64,000 bases of DNA from contig JAQUQW010000005.1 in assembly GCA_028716245.1 (NCBI GenBank), positions 288 through 64,287 of the forward strand, written 5' to 3'. Of the stretch, positions 58,201 to 64,000 are shown piece after piece. Both the position numbers and the translations under genes were made by a program. The first letter of the stretch is position 1. Each line of letters starts with the position of its first letter. A model generated the notes under the pieces. The model saw only the letters and a list, made by a program, of their open reading frames with translations, made no database searches and had not been told where the DNA came from. The DNA comes from Candidatus Omnitrophota bacterium (GTDB taxonomy: Bacteria; Omnitrophota; Gorgyraeia; Gygaellales; Profunditerraquicolaceae).

Positions 58201-61200
58201 AACGCAAGCAGAGAATAAAGATTTCAGTATTGAACGGCTTTTGGTAAATTCTTTTGTCAGGAACCTGTTTGAGAAAGAAGAACAGGAAGGTGGTTTTGGC
58301 CTGAAGAAAAACGAGAGGCAGGAAGACGAGGTCCATCCGGTGCATTTTGGAAAAATTAATGAAAAAATGCAGTGGTCAACTCCGGAAGAGGCAATTTCGC
58401 GCTGGGTTCTGGGTTTCCGGATGAAAGATATCAAGACGAAAGATAAAGATAATAACATTATTGATATTCCAGTAAGGGAAATTATCAGTAAAATAAAAAT
58501 AAGCGAAGAGTCAGTAAAAGTCTCCCCGATTTCGGTTCTTGCCAATTTCAAATCCTCTAAAACATTTTTCTCGGCCACTCCTTTCTACGCCGAGACTATG
58601 TCTGATCTTTTAGGGGTAAAGTACCAAGGCGACGCGGCTAAATTTATGGCCAAGGTTAAATCTGATTTAGAAGGCAGGATAGAGAAGGGGAAAGTCGGAG
58701 TAGGGGATTATGGAGAAATGATTAGGGATGGTAAGTTTAAATTAGCCGACGATAGGCCGAATATTATTCTGCCGGCTTTACTGACACATATTCCTGATTT
58801 TCTGAATAAAGTGTCTAAGGCTGCTGGCGGGAGAGATGTTTTCTATATTGAAGTTGATGATACTGTTTCTAAAATAGTAGATGGCCAGAGAGTAGAGAAA
58901 TTAGAATTATTAAAGGAACCATCAGGGGAAATAATCAAGCCGAAGGATCAGCTTGAAAAGAGAGTGAATGAGGGCAAAAATATAGTGGTGGTCTTCAGTC
59001 CGTCTAAATTAACCAGCTTTAGTTTTGATGTTAAGAAAGCCGAAGGAACTCAAAAAGAAGCCCAGTATACACTTATTATGGATAAGGATACTTCAGCTAC
59101 TGATTATTGGCAGGCCTTGAGAAGGAATAGAGAAAACCTGGAAGATTTTAATGTTATCTTCAATGGCCCAGCGGGTGAAGAGCCATTAAAGGATATCTGG
59201 AAGGATACTATATGGAAAGATAGTTTAGTAAAAACCGAGAATTTAAAAAAGAATGACGCTTTGGTCAAGGCTATAACCGAAACCCATCAGGATGCCATGG
59301 CTGGCCGGTTTGTTAGGTTCACGGAGGTTTTTCCGGAAAGGGCTGATCTGGCTTACCAGCTGCTCAAAGCTTTTCAGAGCAAACACGCCAAAGACACTGA
59401 TATTACTCCGGATAAAATACGCTCTAATGCTTATCGGCAGATTATTAGCGGCTTCAACAGTGACATTACATTCTTTAATGATGTCATCAAAGATTTTTCT
59501 CCTTTGCTTCTTTCCAAGGAAATAACTGAAGGCAGCGGAGAAACGAAGCATACTTTAAAATTTAAATTAACTTCCGCGGAAAAGAGATTTTTTGAGGATT
59601 ATCTTAAACAAGACAAGATTTTCAGAGACAGGAATGGCTTAGATTCAAGCAGAAGCACAGGGGTTGATAAAGCCAAGGTAAAATCCGAGTTAGAAGCCAT
59701 AGCCAGGTTTAAAGGCATACCTAACCTTGAAGCTGCCCGGTTTAGGGATTATTTGGCGCAAAGATATTCAACTAAAGAATTACTTAGGAAAAAAGTTTCT
59801 TCCCCGGAATCCAAGGAGGCTATAGTAGTGGCACAACAGAAAATTCAAGATGCGCTGGAAACTAAAAATGGAACAACTCCCAAAGAATTAGCCGCCGATA
59901 TAAGACAAGATTTAATCGGGCGTGGTTACACTGAATCAGCGGTTGCCGGAGTCTTAAGCCAGATGTATCCTTCCTTGAAAGAGAGTAATTGGCTAGCAAG
60001 GCGAGGGATAAATGCTAATTATATTGGTCAAGGCGTATTAGGATTTGGGCAGGCATTCTTGTTTATCAATAATCAGGAAAATAAAGAGAAAGATTGGTTT
60101 ACAAAACTTATAGAAAAATTAAATTTTTCCTTGGGTTATGGCAAAGCAATTGGCACTATTCAGTCTTTTAGCGGTGAGTTTGAACCCGAATTTAAGGAGT
60201 TTTTATCAAAATACTATGAAACTGATGGCGCAAAGGGAAATATGCGGACAGCGTTAAGGTCATCCTTAGATAAGATGATTGCCGCATCAGTAAGGGGCGT
60301 GTGGGAGTCGAGAAAAAATTTAGAATTCTACCAATATATGAAGGATATGGCGGGAAAAAACATCCCAGCGGAAGATAAATTAGAAGAGCTTAAAAAGATA
60401 AACGGCTATTTAGACATGATGTCTGTATTGGGGGCCGACGGGAAAGAATCGATAGAGAAGGCTTTTAAAGAAAAATTAAAAAATGAAAAAGCATTAAAAG
60501 ACGAAATAAGCAGGCTCGATAAATTATTGAATCACCAAATAGCCAGGACAAATGAATTGAATGTTTTGAAAGCAAGATTGGGGAGGCTCAATGATGTAGA
60601 TGAGCTGCAAGTAGCTTTATGGGCGCAGAAATTTGTAAGCCCTGCGGAAAAAAGATCCGGGATAATGAATAAGATAATGACAGCGCTGGGGATGAAAGAA
60701 AAGTTAAATGTAGCTGACTTGGCCGAGGACATTCGTGAGGAAGTAAATGAAAACATAGATGCCGTTGTTAAAGAAGGAAAAATCCCCGAGCTGGTAGTTG
60801 TTTTTGGCAAAGCTAACAGCAGGGAAATTAAGGATACAGTAGCAATTCAAAATAAATACTATGAAAAAAATAAGATAGCTAAAGTGCAAATTCCGGTATT
60901 CCTTGATGAATCGGTGAAAAGCAGCCTGATAAGTTCTTTAGGGATATTCTACAATCAAGATAATCCTTCTTTGGGGGTATCCAGCAGATATTATTCCACA
61001 GAATTCTTGATGGAATATTTGGTTAAACCTTTACAGAAACAAATTTTTGAGGACAGAGGGATCAAAGGATTTGTGATGCCTGTTGGGAAAATACCTTTGT
61101 CAGCCCGGGAACACGGTATTGTTACCAATATTTTAGGAGAAGGTTCAGCGCAGGCCAAAGGCGCTTTCATAAGCACCCATCCTTATACTACAGGGTGGAT

Positions 61201-64000
61201 GGGCGGCGTTATATCAACCATCGGACTAATACCTTTATTTGGTAGATTATGGGATTTCTTCGGAACAGGATTTAAAACTGCATTGCAGAGAGTAATGAAC
61301 CATGAATTAGGGCACGTTCATAGGTTAGGGCACGATGCGAAAGCAGCATATTCCGTAATGTCTTCTTCTGAGAAAGAAGATGGCTCGTTCTGGTCTTGGA
61401 AATGGCACTTCTGGAGGAAAGATAATACTTATCAGCCGGAGCATCTTGAGACAATCAAAAAAGATATCGCTCAATTAACTGGTGGAAAAGGTTCGGCAAC
61501 CAGTTCGGATGTTTTTGTATTACAACAGGTAACGGCAGATTTACTTAAAGGAAAAGAATCATTAGCAAAGATATCTAGCCGTAGTGAACTTTATCGAATA
61601 GGTGGCAACCTCAAAGCTGTTGCTTATTATTTAGAATCCCTTTCTTCCGCTGAAAAAAAAGAGATATTTGCCAGGATAGATGCATTTGCGGATATTTTAA
61701 GAGGCCATCCTAAAGAAGATATCATGGGTTATAAGAAAAACGGGTTTGATGCGTCAGCTCATAGTATGGATAAAATAGTCGGATTTTTTAATCTGTTAAG
61801 TAATACAGAACTCAACCCCTCTGAAAAAAGTTTTAAGGAAACCCTTTTGAGCCAGAATTTGCTTGTGGGAACAGAGAGTAACTATCAAGCAAACGGTGAA
61901 TGGTATATTATTGGTTTGGTTAGAGGCTCTTCATTAATTACCCATGAGTTAAGACATATCGTTTACCGGGCAATTGAAGCATATAGAAATGCCGTTAATA
62001 CAATGTGGAATAATATTCCAGTAGATAAACAGAAGATCATCGCGGAGCTCTTAACTAAAATCGGAGGCTATGATTTTAAAGGAGAAGAAGGACAGGCTCT
62101 GCTTGTGCGTGAATACGCCGCATATTTAGCAGATTGGCCTGCTTTCCAAGAATACTTGAATAAAAAAGAGCATGCTTCGGAAGATAGGCTATTTTTCGAG
62201 CAACAATCTCGGAATCTTCTATCTATTGAAGAAAATAATGCCCAGGCAATAAGACAATTTTTTAAAGAAAATTCTGATGAACTAGGTACTTCGGCTGAAG
62301 ATAAACGCGACGGCGGCATGGTTAGAGGCGGGCAGGCGAATGTATTTATAAATGGTGAAAACGTAAATAAACAAATTTTTGATAAAGAGGCCGTTAATTC
62401 TTATCAGCTGGCCATAGAAAGATTGGGAGAAGCGTCACTAGGTATTAACGCATTTAATAAATATGGAAATGGGACAGCTTCGGTCAATCAGAATTTTGCC
62501 ACGCCATTGTATGATCATTTAGCTAAGCTGGTAAGCGAGAATAAAATAGCCGAGGCTAAACAAGCCATAAATAATTTGGTCGGGTTTATTTACAGGCAAT
62601 GGGGCGCGGGGATTATCGACACCGACCATAAGTATTTACTGGATTATGGAGTGGATGGGAATGGCGAAATAATTTGGCTTGACCCGGGCAAGGCTTCTTC
62701 CAGAAAGACAGATTTTGTGATTGACTCGTATCGGGAGAGCGGAGACATTAAAGGTTCTTTACTTGGATTAAGCCAGGAATTATATAATTATTATATAGGA
62801 TTGACGGCTAATTTTGCTGATGAATTCCAGAAACATTGGCCCGAAGGATCTCTGACAGATGCAGACTATATGTTTGACGGCGGAACAGTGGAAACTGTGG
62901 CCAAATTGATTGCCGAATACAGAGTAGTGTTGCCGGTTAACGAAGCCATAGCGAAAGTAAGAGGATTGGGTTATTCTGAAGAATTAATAACTAAGGCAAT
63001 CGGTTACAATATTGGATTAGGAAGCGGGTTTTCTAACAATCCTTTGGATCGCGGCGGTAATAAGCAAGACAAGACAGGGCAGCGGCCGGCATCTCCAGCG
63101 CTTCCGTTGGCTCCGGGAGGGCAGAATGTGCCAGGCGTTAATGTTGTTAGCCATAGCGGGGTTGCAGGCAGCTCCAATCAGGCCTTAGTTGGCAGCAGGC
63201 CCGTATTACCTAATAATAGCGGGATTGAAACGATCATTCCCAGCATAAGACTTCAAGCTATTGGTGTTTTAACCAGCTTTACCAGCGGTTTGGCTCCGCC
63301 CGCGGCCCTCGCCAAAACTTTTATCTCAAATGTATCAAGTAGTGTAGCAAATGCAGTAAGAAGTGCAGTTGAATTAGCTGAGAAACTCTCAGGTGCCCAG
63401 AGTGCAAACTCCGGAAATGGAGAAAAAGGGCAGGATGCGAGAAGTGCGTCCGGCAATAATATAGGTAAGAGAAGTGAAGTAACTTCAACAGGAACCAATG
63501 GTGAGGCAAAATATGCCGAAACCCGAGGTTCTATTCGTGCGTATAGCTTCCCCGCTAGCTTTATTAATGATTTAAAGAAGTTAATCAGCATTCTTCAGTT
63601 CAAAAATCCGTTAATTCCCGTATTAAATCAATTTATTAATAAATTATCAGGGGTCAGCTCCTGGCTGTCCTCAAAGACAGTTCTGGCCTACAGGAGCACC
63701 CTTGATTTAAATAATGCTGAAGCCATTCCTTCTTTACGCGATGGGGGAGATGAAGGGGCTCTTGAGATTTATGAGGTCATTAAAAAGATCGGTAATTTAG
63801 TTGAAAAAATGGTCGAGGATCTTAAGAGCAAACGAAGGCCGGGTGAAACTATCGCAGGGAGATATCCTGGCGAGAAGAATAGACGCATAAGGGATGCAAT
63901 AACTCGTAACGCAGAGGATAGTATAAAGTCGATGCGCAGATTAGGGATGACCAAGCCTTTGTCTATAGATGAAGTAGGTTTAAATAACGACGATGATTTT
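52211..64000 (+). CDS. giant ORF, 5' portion (at least 3,930 codons, runs off the window); predicted signal-anchor and surface or secreted protein
   Basis: ATG at 52211 preceded by an in-frame TAA. I read the frame as open to 64000. The ORF track shows no complete + strand ORF over this 11.8 kb, as expected if one incomplete ORF spans it. Also present: an N-terminal hydrophobic segment, a Ser-rich 9 bp tandem repeat, and two HExxH motifs. Confidence 0.7.
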   Translation, partial: MNINQQPTEDSIEQPKKEFKSSFKTWIRAVAFIVIAVFLPEQAAQAMGYDPTTIWNHSYFVNQGKNGFLTYLVADNIKRSLDSLSYKQLNQVQLDKNLVVETAPLKESETSTKASEPSKVDQSNFYDKIGNALQSGSAEIIRFASNGLKKTSLPDQSSPTTRQGTASSQKPSLYLTGSVVKQISLWLKDPKTQVDNNCGINALNALFVQSGIKLSREELATRAIMVDFLSGNLREFKGELALSLFALQKTAVSFGLKTALVKIPAASLQGGQAISSLVPFITYLLSEHFVLVTRVTNDKIYYKEDKEEANMPKEIFLKGFTGNCLLLDSKLLQGSKAISLLSDKEALEISGKESFFDRYNSLKSSISNTAKSSISSISSISSTAQSYVSKASSTYTAASNVYNTVKSVTGISISSIVTRSSIPSNPLSAISVPVTTYNYLASPSTKGNLGKSYGAANTLQTDFALTVPKRAYDFTGWVDTVSGLNSNLGTKLYQSSSLVRSISDAYSGAKGRTESSLKQTYGIGTYNNFIKPTEYFVADTAITTAATLGIGSAVGLAGGTLSRVGSVSRIAEPIISRLPQLSRITEIAGPKVGQGLEWVGTKGWSAGKWMMNPATGRWAIAKTAIKYSGLSFVPATPQYWATSAAFTTYNYLNNSSTVGNVRKSFTADAKVREGVVISVAENVAGMPNGILEIGTWATGGLTGFDQKKYLNLRAQYYDNTDLVKSLNKSYGDWKQKEIADPLIAIYGQNKYNTAVKPQIEVGGFVGSLFVPIAGEEKILTKAGSIIKAGKIADAVIDVSKGVRGIRGIDVAVDLNKGIKATRTVSYADDTLRLTQKSYTPIRNWGQSQRLVTSIHSSSLTSRILPHSTQITLANSRALNLITRYEPINLMKQKVSRPIYNYLERKTLKPISDSLKPSYKYVAKNNPVSLTKLGEYKSTAGKLIGDRIPLRMKNVFAEESASVSLGSLDKSARLLYQGGKGLYQGGKWFGKNLITEFVPRLLFYGSVFGTLDAAFIYKDNQFNQATGELSGNNPLLFWLRATELNMGFQILGAKKALWDKDLFAAEKYKGLADKMSKISMGGQLGNGVYLFVNPQDIQDPNLRKAVEMIPSPVRRAIAIPVQMVATSEGFASFPAMTTYSTAYYTQAGYNKEGYWGWNGALSGFFRGAVVIPSVAMFSFTTSVLAAGINTFTFGDRYKNAQISNWVINSLGKPVASFIARRDVDFKTYAQPEYIDIAHRDAAASQDKYEGADYFFGNLFMMGGFRQAVGLKRPEAKDVSGRRHFDTPLIDAGQRVSGALLTPMHLTTAPIYGGYSHYAGKVAETRIGKFLGLDVTQSRGLKNSIAAQYKEVGQGILGISSFTLGNLNKIAKSEVNLARISLPLEIARKINERREELNGVTLKIGEVEEQIRLNERNFLRKPDSENSQKKRELSTKRAELTAYKMKLSNLVEVEGIKQKIVSLEIAGRFGTKDYNQAVEKFVKADLGGGVEGILNRQFRTDLLNKYKRVKTEGDGNGLSRAWNKISTNSEYNRAVKTLDAIKDIDIGKIDEVIKDTQNQIQKSIEALDKTSRLAYLKENGLGSIAGLNDNSRRELARKFYEDGVTAETIKEKGFWENWQEFGQGLSGISQERMNDGMRELFKLRVLKFDQEKMEKGIDSGFRVDFEAGKELKAGTAERKIFDTLEKMNAKGYNFQNSVGDLIKNWDWKKISEDSVRFAESKDELANILSTHSSILKNPDAMNNPEFRGLDKLLKDSRGKTELGIFLALTTFKHSGGRESLGLFASPNELKRVYEKVLEKNLGGEKISFGEGVDGIKVKLGGVDYTFVKITEESIKSSYLSNNLDKLNEIFKDKIILTDISTLQNLNMQKIVPSQGEAEKQLAKRLAEIIYDRAVIIDEIHQVSQSPYHIVGFDGKTLAEFLKPAEYEKYVDVAEKIDRKFQELANLEEVTNNKGEPVTTVKGYGNLGDRLIKMEYVDEYKGLTTAGENEFKRLLGDKFVTQAENKDFSIERLLVNSFVRNLFEKEEQEGGFGLKKNERQEDEVHPVHFGKINEKMQWSTPEEAISRWVLGFRMKDIKTKDKDNNIIDIPVREIISKIKISEESVKVSPISVLANFKSSKTFFSATPFYAETMSDLLGVKYQGDAAKFMAKVKSDLEGRIEKGKVGVGDYGEMIRDGKFKLADDRPNIILPALLTHIPDFLNKVSKAAGGRDVFYIEVDDTVSKIVDGQRVEKLELLKEPSGEIIKPKDQLEKRVNEGKNIVVVFSPSKLTSFSFDVKKAEGTQKEAQYTLIMDKDTSATDYWQALRRNRENLEDFNVIFNGPAGEEPLKDIWKDTIWKDSLVKTENLKKNDALVKAITETHQDAMAGRFVRFTEVFPERADLAYQLLKAFQSKHAKDTDITPDKIRSNAYRQIISGFNSDITFFNDVIKDFSPLLLSKEITEGSGETKHTLKFKLTSAEKRFFEDYLKQDKIFRDRNGLDSSRSTGVDKAKVKSELEAIARFKGIPNLEAARFRDYLAQRYSTKELLRKKVSSPESKEAIVVAQQKIQDALETKNGTTPKELAADIRQDLIGRGYTESAVAGVLSQMYPSLKESNWLARRGINANYIGQGVLGFGQAFLFINNQENKEKDWFTKLIEKLNFSLGYGKAIGTIQSFSGEFEPEFKEFLSKYYETDGAKGNMRTALRSSLDKMIAASVRGVWESRKNLEFYQYMKDMAGKNIPAEDKLEELKKINGYLDMMSVLGADGKESIEKAFKEKLKNEKALKDEISRLDKLLNHQIARTNELNVLKARLGRLNDVDELQVALWAQKFVSPAEKRSGIMNKIMTALGMKEKLNVADLAEDIREEVNENIDAVVKEGKIPELVVVFGKANSREIKDTVAIQNKYYEKNKIAKVQIPVFLDESVKSSLISSLGIFYNQDNPSLGVSSRYYSTEFLMEYLVKPLQKQIFEDRGIKGFVMPVGKIPLSAREHGIVTNILGEGSAQAKGAFISTHPYTTGWMGGVISTIGLIPLFGRLWDFFGTGFKTALQRVMNHELGHVHRLGHDAKAAYSVMSSSEKEDGSFWSWKWHFWRKDNTYQPEHLETIKKDIAQLTGGKGSATSSDVFVLQQVTADLLKGKESLAKISSRSELYRIGGNLKAVAYYLESLSSAEKKEIFARIDAFADILRGHPKEDIMGYKKNGFDASAHSMDKIVGFFNLLSNTELNPSEKSFKETLLSQNLLVGTESNYQANGEWYIIGLVRGSSLITHELRHIVYRAIEAYRNAVNTMWNNIPVDKQKIIAELLTKIGGYDFKGEEGQALLVREYAAYLADWPAFQEYLNKKEHASEDRLFFEQQSRNLLSIEENNAQAIRQFFKENSDELGTSAEDKRDGGMVRGGQANVFINGENVNKQIFDKEAVNSYQLAIERLGEASLGINAFNKYGNGTASVNQNFATPLYDHLAKLVSENKIAEAKQAINNLVGFIYRQWGAGIIDTDHKYLLDYGVDGNGEIIWLDPGKASSRKTDFVIDSYRESGDIKGSLLGLSQELYNYYIGLTANFADEFQKHWPEGSLTDADYMFDGGTVETVAKLIAEYRVVLPVNEAIAKVRGLGYSEELITKAIGYNIGLGSGFSNNPLDRGGNKQDKTGQRPASPALPLAPGGQNVPGVNVVSHSGVAGSSNQALVGSRPVLPNNSGIETIIPSIRLQAIGVLTSFTSGLAPPAALAKTFISNVSSSVANAVRSAVELAEKLSGAQSANSGNGEKGQDARSASGNNIGKRSEVTSTGTNGEAKYAETRGSIRAYSFPASFINDLKKLISILQFKNPLIPVLNQFINKLSGVSSWLSSKTVLAYRSTLDLNNAEAIPSLRDGGDEGALEIYEVIKKIGNLVEKMVEDLKSKRRPGETIAGRYPGEKNRRIRDAITRNAEDSIKSMRRLGMTKPLSIDEVGLNNDDDF

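Noticed and set aside
54358-63954. Numerous 60-160 aa minus-strand ORFs between 52 and 64 kb
   Set aside because: All are antisense to the single long + strand frame. None has an RBS or motifs. They are treated as noise.
1-64000. rRNA genes or CRISPR arrays
   Set aside because: No rRNA-like conserved stretches and no regularly spaced direct repeats were seen on either strand.

Overview
A 64 kb window of low-GC (~40% by eye) bacterial chromosome, with genes mostly on the + strand. Reading left to right: a tRNA-Gln 3' portion; an Nramp-family transporter with Mg-type (NRMT-like) signature substitutions next to a soluble MgtE_N+CBS protein; small secreted and membrane proteins; an IS3-family orfB remnant; a Spy/CpxP-like protein, a rhodanese and a glycine-zipper lipoprotein; a two-subunit 2-oxoacid:ferredoxin oxidoreductase; a class A beta-lactamase-like protein; a P-type cation ATPase; an O-antigen/LPS-like cluster (Wzy_C ligase-like, a WecA/MraY-family gene broken by two closely spaced frameshifts, an FAD oxidoreductase and two GT2 paralogs); tRNA-Leu and tRNA-Glu with near-identical promoters flanking a minus-strand FIST / GAF histidine kinase / REC-GGDEF module; and an HTH + coiled-coil protein whose C-terminal region is possibly transposase-like. 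The most striking part is a bipartite Tad/Flp pilus locus. It encodes PpiC, CpaB, a CpaC secretin carrying a C-terminal TonB_C-like domain, a fused CpaE-CpaF ATPase, a cysteine-rich TadG-like protein, and a three-domain PIG-L / GH3 / PIG-L polysaccharide-modifying enzyme. A lipid-linked glycosylation module (ArnT-like GT-C, DPM1/ArnC-like GT2, radical SAM, DUF192) interrupts the locus. The second half holds at least nine Flp-pilin paralogs, several with large C-terminal extensions and a shared post-TM motif, plus TadE-like proteins, TadB and TadC. Directly downstream is a 2.3 kb insertion bounded by perfect ~21-25 bp inverted repeats, carrying an IS-like zinc-ribbon transposase, an ORF6N/KilA-N gene and a truncated copy of it. 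The same repeat arms form a tight palindrome next to tRNA-Leu. The window ends with the first 3,930 codons of a giant open reading frame that continues beyond the window edge. No CRISPR array and no rRNA genes were seen. The combination of an expanded Tad pilin repertoire, a glycosylation module and a giant surface-type protein is reminiscent of uncultivated diderm lineages such as Omnitrophota-like genomes; this taxonomic guess is inference only.
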